Notes: generated by a model from the letters alone, not told the origin. DNA of 64,000 bases from Candidatus Pacearchaeota archaeon (GCA_018221305.1 JAAOYK010000016.1:136-64135), one strand, 5' to 3'. Positions 42,929 through 52,748 are shown, counted from the first letter of the stretch. Translations and numbers: made by a program.

Positions 42929-45883
42929 ATGGAACAATTAACAGCAGCACCATTAACATTTGACAGATATTTTACAGAAAAGGGAAGAACTGCAGATTCT
43001 TATTTTAATTTTGCAAAACGTGATATTGAAATCTTGGGAACAAACAATCAAGTAATATATTCTAATAAAGGGATTGAATTTCCAGAAGATTGGAGCGATT
43101 TAGCATCACGAGTAGTCTCTAATAAGTATGCCTATAAAGGAAACGGAGATGATCATGCAGAAAAAAGTTTAAAAAGTATAGTTTATCGTGTTGCAGAAAC
43201 CGTATCAGAACAAGGAGTTAGACAAGGATTAATCGATGAATCTCAACAAGGAAATTTTACAGAAGAGCTTGCATACCTTAACATTAATCAAATGCAGGCG
43301 TTTAATTCTCCGGTATGGTTTAATGTTGGGCTTTATTCTAAATATGGAGTATCTGAACACTCAAACGGACATTCTTCACACTGGGCATTAGGTGCAAACG
43401 GCCAAATAACAAACAATATTGATGCATATGAAAATCCGCAATGTGCTGCATGTTTTATCCAGTCAATCGATGACAGTATGGAAAGTATCCTAGAGCATGC
43501 AAAAAAAGAAGGCATGCTTTTCAAGTTTGGATCTGGAACTGGTACTAATTTTTCTACACTACGAGGAATAAACGAACCACTAAGCGGGGGCGGTATTGCA
43601 TCAGGTATGGGCTCGTTTATGAGAATTTATGACATTATTGCAGGAAGAATACAATCTGGAGGAAAGACAAGACGTGCTGCAAAAATGGTTATTTGTGATT
43701 GTGATCATCCAGACATTTATAGATTTATTAACTGGAAAGTTGAAGAAGAGAAAAAGGCGTTATGGTTATCTGCAAATCCTGCATGGGGCCCACAAGGGCC
43801 AGGAGACCTAGAAAGTGAAGCCTACAAGACAGTTGATGGACAAAACGGAAATAATAGTGTACGAGTTACAGATGAATTTATGATAGCAGCAGAAGAAGGA
43901 AAAGAATGGGACCTATGGTTTCGAACAGCTGATAAAGCCGGTGAAGAAAAAGAGATTCCATTAGAAGAGTATCAAGATGACAGATACCTTCCAGATAAAA
44001 GGTTTCTTGAAAGAGTTACAAATAAACGTAAAACAGTGCATGCTTCTCAATTACTAAACCAGATTTCAAGAGCTGCCACAGTTACCGGAGATCCAGCATT
44101 ACAATATGATACTGCAATAAATAAATGGAACACATGCCCGAACTCTGGAAGAATCAATGGAAGTAACCCGTGTTCAGAATTCATGTTTTTAGATGATTCT
44201 GCATGTAACCTGGCATCATTAAACTTAACAAAATTTTCAGATGATGAGCGTTTAATTGATACAGAAAAATTAAAAAAAGCGATCAAAACTTCAATAATTT
44301 CTCAAGAATTATTAGTTGATTATGGATCATACCCTTCAGAAGATATTGCAAAAAATTCTCATAATTTTAGACCACTTGGACTTGGATATACAAACCTTGG
44401 AGCATTATTAATGGAGCGAGGAATTGCTTATGATTCTGATGAAGGGCGATCAATTGCCTCTGCAATAACTTCATTTATTACAGGTTATGCATATAAAGTT
44501 TCTGCAGAAATTTCTTCAAAAGTCGGACCATTTGCAGAATTTGAAAAAAATAAAGAAGCAATGTTAAATGTACTTGGAATGCATCATAGTGAAGCTAAAG
44601 CAATAAAAAGAGCCCAAGGAGTAAGAGGACTTGAAAATCTTATTGATGAAGCAGACAAAGAATGGAGCGAAGCTTTAAAAATTGGTACTGAGCATGGATA
44701 TAGAAATGCACAAACAACATTACTTGCACCTACAGGAACTATTGGTTTTATGATGGATGTTGACTGTACAGGAATAGAACCAATGATTGCATTAAAATCA
44801 ACAAAAGGCCTTGCTGGAGGAGGAGAATTACAAAGAGACGTAGCAGGATGTGTTGAAAAAGGATTAGCAGCATTAGGATACAGGGACAATAAATTAGAAG
44901 GAATATTAGATTATATAAACGACCGAGGAAGTATTATTGGAGCACCAGGCCTTCAAGAAGAGCATTATGAAGTATTTTCTACAGCATTTGGGGATAATAC
45001 AATTAATGTGGACGGACACTTGAAAATGATGGCAGCAGTACAACCACACTTGTCAGGTGCTATTTCAAAAACTGTTAATCTTCCAAAAGGATCAAGCATA
45101 GAAGAAGTTAAAGATACGTATGTTAAAGGATGGAAACTTGGCCTTAAATCTATTAGCTTATACATAGACGGATCAAAAGGAATACAACCAGTAAATGTTA
45201 TGTCAAAGGATCGGAGAAATCAAGTATTAAACTGGGGAACAAGAGACAAACCAAGTAACCCAATTGAGAGATTTGGGTGGAATATAGATATTGGAAATGC
45301 AGGAGTTCATGTCATGATTGGTGAATATAGTAATCGGCCACCTTCAGGATCTTTTGCAGACGCGTTTGTATCCTTTGGTAGATCTGGCTCAAAATATAGT
45401 GCAATATATGATACATGGGCAAAAGAAGCCTCACGTAACAGGCAAAGAGGAGAACCAACTGAAGAATTTATCAAGCATAACCTAGGGGCTTCAGGAAGTA
45501 TCAACGGTATGGTAAATCATCCACACATTAAAACATGTTCATCTATTGAAGATTTTGTTGCTAAATATGTTGCGCTTAATTATTTAGGAGATACAACTGT
45601 TTGTAATGTCGAACCAACAGAAAATGAAATGGAAAATTTAAGATGCAATGTTTTAGCTAGAAGAAGACGAATGGAACATTTTGAGTCAAGAATAAAATTT
45701 ATAGATAATGTTATGCGTCAGGGAGAGATTAGTAAGATTAAGCCGCTTTATGAAGACAAGGTAGAAAACGGTAAAATTCCTCTTGGTGAAGAGTTTTGTA
45801 TTAGTTGCGGTCATGAAACAGAATTAAGTGGTGCTAGTTGCAGAAAATGTACAAATTGTGGTGATTCTGAGGGTTGTGGCTAA
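42929..45883 (+). CDS. nrdJ: Class II (adenosylcobalamin-type) ribonucleotide reductase
   Basis: FNSPVWFNVG, NPCSEFMF...CNLASLNL, TLLAPTGTIGF...GIEP, ISKTVNLP. C-terminal CxxC...CxxC tail. Confidence 0.85.
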   Translation: MEQLTAAPLTFDRYFTEKGRTADSYFNFAKRDIEILGTNNQVIYSNKGIEFPEDWSDLASRVVSNKYAYKGNGDDHAEKSLKSIVYRVAETVSEQGVRQGLIDESQQGNFTEELAYLNINQMQAFNSPVWFNVGLYSKYGVSEHSNGHSSHWALGANGQITNNIDAYENPQCAACFIQSIDDSMESILEHAKKEGMLFKFGSGTGTNFSTLRGINEPLSGGGIASGMGSFMRIYDIIAGRIQSGGKTRRAAKMVICDCDHPDIYRFINWKVEEEKKALWLSANPAWGPQGPGDLESEAYKTVDGQNGNNSVRVTDEFMIAAEEGKEWDLWFRTADKAGEEKEIPLEEYQDDRYLPDKRFLERVTNKRKTVHASQLLNQISRAATVTGDPALQYDTAINKWNTCPNSGRINGSNPCSEFMFLDDSACNLASLNLTKFSDDERLIDTEKLKKAIKTSIISQELLVDYGSYPSEDIAKNSHNFRPLGLGYTNLGALLMERGIAYDSDEGRSIASAITSFITGYAYKVSAEISSKVGPFAEFEKNKEAMLNVLGMHHSEAKAIKRAQGVRGLENLIDEADKEWSEALKIGTEHGYRNAQTTLLAPTGTIGFMMDVDCTGIEPMIALKSTKGLAGGGELQRDVAGCVEKGLAALGYRDNKLEGILDYINDRGSIIGAPGLQEEHYEVFSTAFGDNTINVDGHLKMMAAVQPHLSGAISKTVNLPKGSSIEEVKDTYVKGWKLGLKSISLYIDGSKGIQPVNVMSKDRRNQVLNWGTRDKPSNPIERFGWNIDIGNAGVHVMIGEYSNRPPSGSFADAFVSFGRSGSKYSAIYDTWAKEASRNRQRGEPTEEFIKHNLGASGSINGMVNHPHIKTCSSIEDFVAKYVALNYLGDTTVCNVEPTENEMENLRCNVLARRRRMEHFESRIKFIDNVMRQGEISKIKPLYEDKVENGKIPLGEEFCISCGHETELSGASCRKCTNCGDSEGCG

Positions 45884-46005
45884 AAAAAGGCAAAATAGTC
45901 GATATCCTTTAAAAAGTAACATTTTTGCTTAAAGAAAGGTTTATTAACGTAATTTTTCTATACATTTCTAATGAGTTGTGAAACATTAAGAGGTGTGAGG
46001 GCAAA

Positions 46006-46344
46006 ATGGTCACTAAAAATGACTGGGCAATGGAGATTACTAACACAGAATTTCAGGATATCGTCAAAAACGGACACAAACTAGTAGTCGTAGAGTTCTT
46101 TGCAGAATGGTGCATGCCATGTTTAATGATGGAGCCGGTTATGGAAGATTTAGCAGCATCTGAATGTATGAAAGATGTAAAATTTGTAAAAATTAATATT
46201 GATGATAATCCGACACTAGCAAATAAATGTAAAGTAACAAGCATCCCGTGTTTAGTCATATTTGAAGAAGGTGAAGAAGTTGATAGAGTAGTAGGATCAC
46301 AAACATATGATGTTATTGAAGAAAAGATAAAAAAGTTTCTTTAA
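46006..46344 (+). CDS. trxA: Thioredoxin
   Basis: WCMPC active site, SIPCLVIF cis-Pro region, 112 aa. Confidence 0.85.
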   Translation: MVTKNDWAMEITNTEFQDIVKNGHKLVVVEFFAEWCMPCLMMEPVMEDLAASECMKDVKFVKINIDDNPTLANKCKVTSIPCLVIFEEGEEVDRVVGSQTYDVIEEKIKKFL

Positions 46345-46365
46345 AACTAGTTATAATAAAATTTA

Positions 46366-46632
46366 TTATTTTTTAGACCTTATTTTATGAATTAATAATC
46401 CAATTAGAGCCCCGATAATAAAATAAGTGACAAGCCCTCCAATAATTACAGTAATCATAGAATTTATTTCTATACTTGACCCTAAAAGAAAAATTAATCC
46501 GGTGAATGGGAACTGAGTAATTCCAAGAGCAAGCATTTGAGCCTCTTTTGGGTTTGAACTAACTATTGCCAAAATAACTAAAACAATATCTAAAATTGCT
46601 GCAATTAATCCGCCTTTTAACCATGCCTTCAT
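46366..46632 (-). CDS. Small membrane protein (3 TM)
   Basis: Hydrophobicity only. Confidence 0.45.
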   Translation of the reverse strand: MKAWLKGGLIAAILDIVLVILAIVSSNPKEAQMLALGITQFPFTGLIFLLGSSIEINSMITVIIGGLVTYFIIGALIGLLIHKIRSKK

Positions 46633-46668
46633 GAAGTTAATAGATTTTAAGAACTTATAAAAGTTTCT

Positions 46669-46893
46669 TTAAAACGAATTTTTAGTATAAATGCGTGCAA
46701 TATAACCTTTATCCTGACTTTTGATGTGAACAACACTTTCCTCATTAAAACCTAAATGTTTAAACTTATTATATAATTCTTTAATATTTGGAAACATACT
46801 TTGATCTTGCACAGGGTCATGATCTTCAGACAAAGGACATTTAACAGCTAATTCATAGCCCATTCTTAATAATGACATTTCTAAAGCATCCAT
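46669..46893 (-). CDS. Hypothetical small protein
   Basis: 74-aa ORF in a tight intergenic fit. No motif recognised. Confidence 0.35.
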   Translation of the reverse strand: MDALEMSLLRMGYELAVKCPLSEDHDPVQDQSMFPNIKELYNKFKHLGFNEESVVHIKSQDKGYIARIYTKNSF

Positions 46894-46994
46894 ATGAAAA
46901 AATTCACAAGATTCTGCTTAAAATACTATTATATGATTAAACAAATACATTATACTATAGTATTATATATAAACTAAAATCACAAAAATAAATA

Positions 46995-48014
46995 ATGGCA
47001 AAAGAGAGTGTGCAACAATTAGCAAAAGGGGACTATGAAACTCCACTAAACATTATGCATGTTGATGATCGGGGAACATATATTTTAGACAAACCTGTGC
47101 AAGGAAATATTCCGCATATTGCTGTTTATGCAAATACAATTCCTGCAGCATGGGAGCTTGCAATGATTTCTTGTTGGGATAATGGTGCACGAGTAGGGAC
47201 ACATTATGATAATACTAAAGAGACTCCAAAAAGTAAAGAAGGGACAATTAGTATTAAAGTTGCAAACCCGTTTAACGAACCTAGAATATCTTTACCAGGA
47301 TTTCCAGCAGGACCCGAGGGTTTAGAAGTTTATAGACAAGAAGTTGTTAATGGAGTGCATGATCATTGGATAGATCCTCAAGCAAAAAAATGGACCTATA
47401 CTTATCATGAGAGATTAACAAATTATAGATTAAGTACAGATCTAAATGCAGATAATAGAGGGTTTATTGTTCCTGCCAAAGATGCTGTTGACCAAATGGA
47501 AAAGGTTATTGATGATTTAGAAAGAGACATTACAAGCAAAGGCGCTCAGGCAACAACCTGGATGCCAAGTGCAGACCCAGGTCTTGAAAGTAATCGGCCT
47601 TGTTTACAAAGGTTATGGTTTAGGCCGCTTCCAGTAGATCTTGAAGACGAAAGTAAAGGATACAAATTAAATCTTAATAGTCATTGGAGAAGCAGAGATT
47701 TAGCAAAAGCGTGGTTTATGAATGTTTTTGCTATTACTGATTGGCAAAGAGATATGGCCCAAAGACTGCAAGACAGAATTGGAAAACCAGTTCAAGTTGG
47801 TAGTTACTTTGATACTTCAGACTCGCTTCATATTTATGGAGATTATTTTTATAAAGATGAGGCTTTTAAAGAAGAATTTGAAAGAATGAGAAATGACAAC
47901 CTTGAAAAAAGAACCTGGAATTCTGATCATCCTGCATTTACTTTTGGAGTTGAAGAAACTCAACAAAAACTAAAAGATGATATTGATTATCAAAAAAAAG
48001 GTGGGAAAGTTTAA
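46995..48014 (+). CDS. Divergent thymidylate-synthase (ThyA) superfamily paralog
   Basis: Catalytic-Cys context NRPCLQRLWF (C203). HWRSRD matches QRSxD. AWFMNVFAI matches GxPFNIAS, with the Asn retained. SLHIYGD matches DxHxY. The RR phosphate-binding pair is replaced (SKGAQATTWMP). Confidence 0.6.
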   Translation: MAKESVQQLAKGDYETPLNIMHVDDRGTYILDKPVQGNIPHIAVYANTIPAAWELAMISCWDNGARVGTHYDNTKETPKSKEGTISIKVANPFNEPRISLPGFPAGPEGLEVYRQEVVNGVHDHWIDPQAKKWTYTYHERLTNYRLSTDLNADNRGFIVPAKDAVDQMEKVIDDLERDITSKGAQATTWMPSADPGLESNRPCLQRLWFRPLPVDLEDESKGYKLNLNSHWRSRDLAKAWFMNVFAITDWQRDMAQRLQDRIGKPVQVGSYFDTSDSLHIYGDYFYKDEAFKEEFERMRNDNLEKRTWNSDHPAFTFGVEETQQKLKDDIDYQKKGGKV

Positions 48015-48023
48015 TCCTTATTT

Positions 48024-48506
48024 TTATTTTCTTGTATAAATTTGAAAATCAAATTCTTTGAATTCTTTTTCATGGATTTGTTCCCAATCATCTGCATTAA
48101 ACATTGGGAAAAAAGTGTCACCAACATAGCGTTTTTTAATTTTTGAAATATACATGTGTGTCGCTAAGGGCAAAGTTTGCTGATACAAAGACCGGCCGCC
48201 AATCACAAATATTTCATTTTTATATTCTCTTGCAAGATTTAAAGCTTCAACAAATCTTGGGCAAAAATCTACACCCTCTTCTTCTAAATCTTGAGAAGTT
48301 AAAACAATATTATTTCTGCTTGGCAAAGGGCGGTATTTTTTAGGAATAGAAAAATAAGTTTCTCTGCCCATTAAGACAGTATTATTGGTTGTTATCTCTT
48401 TAAAGAGTTTTAAATCCTCAGATATGTGCCAAGGCAATTTTCCTTTGTTTCCAATAACCAAATCAGTAGTCATTGCAACAATTAAAGATAATTTTTTTGT
48501 CATCAT
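48024..48506 (-). CDS. folA: Dihydrofolate reductase
   Basis: LSLIVAMTTDLVIGNKGKLPW, LMGRETYFSIP, VIGG. The start overlaps the thyA stop by 1 nt (TAATG). Confidence 0.85.
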   Translation of the reverse strand: MMTKKLSLIVAMTTDLVIGNKGKLPWHISEDLKLFKEITTNNTVLMGRETYFSIPKKYRPLPSRNNIVLTSQDLEEEGVDFCPRFVEALNLAREYKNEIFVIGGRSLYQQTLPLATHMYISKIKKRYVGDTFFPMFNADDWEQIHEKEFKEFDFQIYTRK

Positions 48507-49372
48507 TATACTGCAATATCAAAAGAAATTTTATCATGAGACTTATACTCACCCCTTACTGTGTCTGTGTATTGCCAATCAAAAATTGAAGTAAAATTTT
48601 TTGTTTTTATTTTTGGTAAATCATAGGGGGTGCGAGACAATTGTTCTTCAATACCATCCATCTGGTTTGCATAGATATGAGTATCACCTAAAAAACCGGT
48701 TAGTTTGCCTTCACGTAAGTTTGATTCGCGTGCTAACAAATGAAGCAAAATACCATAACTTGCAATATTAAATGGCAGACCAAGCACTGAGTCAACAGAC
48801 CTTTGGTTCCACATTAAGTTTAGTTTGTCCCCTGTCACAGTTACTTGCCAAGAATAATGGCATGGAGGTAGAGCCATTTTATGCAAGTCTAGCGGATTCC
48901 AGGCACTAACAATCATGCGCCGATCATTTGGATTATCTTTTAAGTCATTAACAACATTTGCTAGTTGATCATAGCCAAACCCGGTGTAGGGGGTATCAAA
49001 ACTTTTATACTCAGCACCAAAATGACGCCATTGCCAGCCATAAATTGGCCCAAGGTCTCGTTCTTGTTTCATCTCCATTTTTGTCACATCGTCATGACCA
49101 TAACGTACCTTTAAAGGTGAACACCATTCATCCCAGATGTGATTTTTTCGATCTTGCAGCCATTGTTTATCAGTTATGCCTTTAATAAAAAATTCAAGTT
49201 CTGAAGCAATACATTTGAAAGGCATTTGTTTAGTTGTAAGCAACGGAAAACCCTTAGACATATCATGATTAAAAGTCAAGCCAGAAGTCGCAATAGTGTC
49301 TATACCAGTACGGTTTTCTTTTTTTACCCCTGTTTCCAGGATTTCTCTTATTATATCAAGATAAGCTTGCAT
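48506..49372 (-). CDS. thyA: Thymidylate synthase (canonical ThyA)
   Basis: MQAYLDII start, NRTG, IWDEW, DRRMIVSAWNP, LPPCH, QRSVDSVLGLPFNIASY, DTHIY. Confidence 0.9.
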   Translation of the reverse strand: MQAYLDIIREILETGVKKENRTGIDTIATSGLTFNHDMSKGFPLLTTKQMPFKCIASELEFFIKGITDKQWLQDRKNHIWDEWCSPLKVRYGHDDVTKMEMKQERDLGPIYGWQWRHFGAEYKSFDTPYTGFGYDQLANVVNDLKDNPNDRRMIVSAWNPLDLHKMALPPCHYSWQVTVTGDKLNLMWNQRSVDSVLGLPFNIASYGILLHLLARESNLREGKLTGFLGDTHIYANQMDGIEEQLSRTPYDLPKIKTKNFTSIFDWQYTDTVRGEYKSHDKISFDIAV

Positions 49373-49510
49373 AATATGAACAAACAAGATCTTATTTATA
49401 TAGATTAATGAAGTTGAGGATATATGATAATAATAGATAATCGCAAAGATTTTTAAACCAAAAAAATCTCATGTTTTTATTAACTGTTTAGTTTACTATA
49501 CTGTTAATAT

Positions 49511-49585
49511 GGCTTGCTAGCTCAGCCTGGTTAGAGCACCGGCCTTTTAAGCCGGGTGTCAGGGGTTCAAATCCCCTGCAGGCCA
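49511..49585 (+). tRNA. tRNA-Lys (anticodon UUU); no encoded CCA
   Basis: Hand-folded cloverleaf. Acceptor GGCTTGC/GCAGGCC (one G-U pair), D arm, anticodon stem CCGGC/GCCGG with loop CTTTTAA (TTT at 49546-49548), T arm AGGGG-TTCAAAT-CCCCT, discriminator A. Confidence 0.9.
49566..49585 (+). repeat. att-like direct repeat, copy 1 (T-loop to discriminator of tRNA-Lys)
   Basis: TTCAAATCCCCTGCAGGCCA, identical to 50744-50763. Confidence 0.9.
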
Positions 49586-50743
49586 TTTTACTTTCTACTA
49601 GAAGAGACATATTTAAATAATTTTTATGATGCCATTATTTGCATCAACTTCAACTTTATCGCCATCTTTTAAAACCTTTGTTGCTATCTTTGTTCCAATT
49701 ATACATGGCTTATTCATTTCTCTTGCCACAATTGCTGCATGACAAGTAATTCCACCCTCATCAGTAATAAATGCTACTGCTTTTTTCATAGCCGGTAAAA
49801 ATTCAGGAGTTGTCATTGCAGTTACCAATATTTCCCCATTTTTTAGAGAAGAGATATCATTTTTTTTATATAAAACCCTAATCTTTCCTTTAGCACTTCC
49901 CTTGCAAGCCACAACACCTTTTAATTCTTTAACATCTTCATGTTTTTCTACAACATATTTGTAACCAATTGATTCAAAAACTTTTGGGAGAGGCCTATTA
50001 TCTATTATAGTTATTCCAGCATTTGATAAAAGAACACCTTCTTTTCTTTTCTCCAGTTTTGAAATATCTGGTTTCTCATTATTTACTAAATAATTTAACA
50101 ATTCATCATTTGATAGAAAATATATTAAATCAGAAGATATGTCTGATTTTTCTTGAATTATTTTTAAAATATTTTTCATTAAAACTTCTCCTTTTGGGAA
50201 AAAGTACTCAGATTCTTTTCTGGCAGCCATAGATATATCAAATTCTTTTTGATACTTTTTTAATAATTTTTTATCTTTTTCTAACCAATTTGGAAAATAA
50301 TAAGCTATAATAAATGGGCCCATTACTTTTTCAACATATTTAACATATTTGTTATAAATTACTGCTAATTCGTCATTATTGATTTTTTCAATTTTTTTGG
50401 TTTTTCCAAAGAATTCATTTGTTTCTTGGATTAGTTCTGAAAATTTGCTAAATAAATCATTTAAGTAATTTTTATCCTTGTTTAGTTTATTAAATACAAA
50501 TTTTGGAAATAGTTTTGCATGTTCTTCAGGAGGCCTCATAATATCATGAATATTACCCTGAATTAAAAAAACTGTATCTGAATAACCCCACCCTAATTCT
50601 TTTTTCATTCCAACAGTATAACCCCTATACCAGGCATAATTATTTGCAAGAGGAGAATCCCTACTGATTACTTTTTCCATTTTTTTTAGTTTCATATTAT
50701 TTTTTGTGCTTAGTAATTTAAATATTTATCTGTATCTCCCTGA
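49586..50743. mobile_element. Candidate integrated single-gene cassette, or remnant of an integrated element, at tRNA-Lys
   Basis: 1158 bp bracketed by a perfect 20-bp direct repeat of the tRNA 3' end. Carries one gene. No integrase was recognised. Confidence 0.4.
49613..50695 (-). CDS. PEP-utilising-enzyme mobile (phosphohistidine swivel) domain protein with an unknown N-terminal domain
   Basis: C-terminal GEILVTAMTTPEF...AFITDEGGITCHAAIVAREMNKPCIIGT (PF00391-type motif with the catalytic His). Confidence 0.75.
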   Translation of the reverse strand: MKLKKMEKVISRDSPLANNYAWYRGYTVGMKKELGWGYSDTVFLIQGNIHDIMRPPEEHAKLFPKFVFNKLNKDKNYLNDLFSKFSELIQETNEFFGKTKKIEKINNDELAVIYNKYVKYVEKVMGPFIIAYYFPNWLEKDKKLLKKYQKEFDISMAARKESEYFFPKGEVLMKNILKIIQEKSDISSDLIYFLSNDELLNYLVNNEKPDISKLEKRKEGVLLSNAGITIIDNRPLPKVFESIGYKYVVEKHEDVKELKGVVACKGSAKGKIRVLYKKNDISSLKNGEILVTAMTTPEFLPAMKKAVAFITDEGGITCHAAIVAREMNKPCIIGTKIATKVLKDGDKVEVDANNGIIKII

Positions 50744-50763
50744 TTCAAATCCCCTGCAGGCCA
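50744..50763 (+). repeat. att-like direct repeat, copy 2
   Basis: TTCAAATCCCCTGCAGGCCA with no tRNA body upstream. Confidence 0.9.
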
Positions 50764-50821
50764 CTTTTTTTTAATAACTAAGAATTAAAAGTTTCATCTT
50801 ACAGCAGAAAAATAAATCCAA

Positions 50822-51481
50822 TTATTTCTTCTTTTTCTTAACTTTTACCTTTGGATCACTCAAAAGAAGTTTTGCAAATAATCCAGATGCATAGGCTAAA
50901 CCATTAAGTAGGTGAAGCGATACGAATAACAACAGTATTCCAAGTATTGTAAAGATAAAGGTTGGCCAATAACTTGTAATCATTTGAGTACCATTAATTA
51001 CTACAAATTCCATTTTAGGAATGATTACTGACAAATAAAAGATTATTGGGGAAGCAATCAAGACAATAGATGTTGGAATCAATACAACAACAAGTACGAA
51101 AGACAAAATTCCTATTGGGAACTTTATGAGTAAGTAAGCCAAACTTTTCCAGGTTGCAGGATTGCTTAGATGTTTTTTCAACATTTTCCAAGCAGTTTTT
51201 TCTCTAAGCGCATGGTTTGACGCCATCTGAGACATAGGCATCCTTAAAACAATAGATGTTAACTTATTTTCAAAGAGTCCAAGACAATACCATCCTATAC
51301 TCATCAAAGCCAAGATCAGAAGACCGATAATAACAATACTAAGCCCAAGGCCTAAAAAGATTCCTGTCACAAGAAAAGTAAAATAGATCATTCCAAGAGG
51401 AAGAGAGATTAATAAATAAATTAAGTTCAAATAAGTCTGGGGTTTTAGAATTACCTTAAAAAACTTTGAATACATTTTCAT
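50822..51481 (-). CDS. Polytopic membrane protein (two pairs of TM helices), unknown function
   Basis: Hydrophobicity and a Lys-rich C-terminus. Confidence 0.45.
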   Translation of the reverse strand: MKMYSKFFKVILKPQTYLNLIYLLISLPLGMIYFTFLVTGIFLGLGLSIVIIGLLILALMSIGWYCLGLFENKLTSIVLRMPMSQMASNHALREKTAWKMLKKHLSNPATWKSLAYLLIKFPIGILSFVLVVVLIPTSIVLIASPIIFYLSVIIPKMEFVVINGTQMITSYWPTFIFTILGILLLFVSLHLLNGLAYASGLFAKLLLSDPKVKVKKKKK

Positions 51482-51509
51482 CCTCTCTTTATTAATAAAA
51501 TAGATAATA

Positions 51510-52319
51510 ATGAGTATATATAGGTTTGCCTTAAAAATAGAAAACTCTAAAAACAGATATTACCTATCCTGTGATATGCAAATATATAGGACAGTTTTTA
51601 AAAAGGACATTATATGCGAATTTGCTATTCCTGAAAAGAAAAGTAATAAAGTAATCATATTAGCAGGCGGCATGCCTACAGTTCCTTCAAAAAAGGAACG
51701 TATTGAAAAACTTTGTAAGCTTGGATACTGGATCTTTTTCCCACGTTTTAGGGGAACTTGGGAAAGTAGTGGCAAGTTCTTACAAAAATCACCGCATCTT
51801 GATATAAAAGATGTTATTGACGAGATCCATAAACCTTTTACAGAATTATGGGACAATAAAAAGATTAAAATACAAAATCCGCAAATATACCTAATAGGAA
51901 CAAGTTTTGGAGGTCCTGCAGTTATACTTAATTCAAAAGATAAACGAGTAAAAAAAGCGGTTGCTATTGCCCCGGTTATTGATTGGACAAAAGATAGCAA
52001 AGTTGAACCAATGAACAAACTAGGACGTTTTGTTAAGCAAGCTTTTGGACAAGGGTATAGGTTTGATATGAAAAACTGGAACAATTTGGCTAAAGGTAAG
52101 TTTTATAACCCGATCACAGAAATTGACAAAGTAGACGCTAAGAAACTTTGGATATTTCATGCACTTGACGATGATGTTGTCCCAGTAGGTCCAACAATAA
52201 ACTTTGCCAAGATTACAAGATGTAAATTAACATTAATCAAAAAAGGCAGTCATGGAATCTGTAAGACAGTTCTAAAAAAGAAAAAATATTTACGAGCCAT
52301 CAAAAAGTATCTAAATTAA
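51510..52319 (+). CDS. Alpha/beta-hydrolase fold protein
   Basis: Nucleophile elbow GTSFGG, then LDDDVVP and GSHG (a Ser-Asp-His order). Confidence 0.6.
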   Translation: MSIYRFALKIENSKNRYYLSCDMQIYRTVFKKDIICEFAIPEKKSNKVIILAGGMPTVPSKKERIEKLCKLGYWIFFPRFRGTWESSGKFLQKSPHLDIKDVIDEIHKPFTELWDNKKIKIQNPQIYLIGTSFGGPAVILNSKDKRVKKAVAIAPVIDWTKDSKVEPMNKLGRFVKQAFGQGYRFDMKNWNNLAKGKFYNPITEIDKVDAKKLWIFHALDDDVVPVGPTINFAKITRCKLTLIKKGSHGICKTVLKKKKYLRAIKKYLN

Positions 52320-52342
52320 AGCTATTAAAAGGAGAATAAATA

Positions 52343-52729
52343 ATGGATGCTAAAACAAAACATTTATCAGAGCTTTGGACTAGTGATGAAATTCAAGAGA
52401 AAAGATTACTTTTAAAAAATTATTATTTAGAGATTCATGAGGTAATTCAAAAATCATACCAAAGGCAAGAGTTAGACAAAAAAGATAAAGAAAAATATTA
52501 CACAGCGCTTGCAATGGTAAGGCACTATCATTATGCCTTACGTGAAAAAATTTCAAAAAGAGATTGTAGAAAGTTATGTAGTGGGCATCTTCGCAGTATT
52601 GTCCATGAAGAACCCATAGAAATAAGAGACGTTTGTCTAAATAGGATTTTAACTACAAGAGAATTAAGAGATAAATATGATGAAGCTCATGAAAGTTTTA
52701 AAGAAAAATTTCCAGAACTTTTTGAATAA
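52343..52729 (+). CDS. Hypothetical protein
   Basis: ORF preceded by AAGGAGAA. No motif recognised. Confidence 0.45.
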   Translation: MDAKTKHLSELWTSDEIQEKRLLLKNYYLEIHEVIQKSYQRQELDKKDKEKYYTALAMVRHYHYALREKISKRDCRKLCSGHLRSIVHEEPIEIRDVCLNRILTTRELRDKYDEAHESFKEKFPELFE

Positions 52730-52748
52730 ACAGTTCTAAAGAAAATAT

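Noticed and set aside
42929-45883. Intein or intron within the 984-aa RNR
   Set aside because: The conserved RNR blocks are contiguous, and no intein splice-junction or endonuclease motifs were seen. The length is consistent with large class II enzymes plus a Cys-rich tail.
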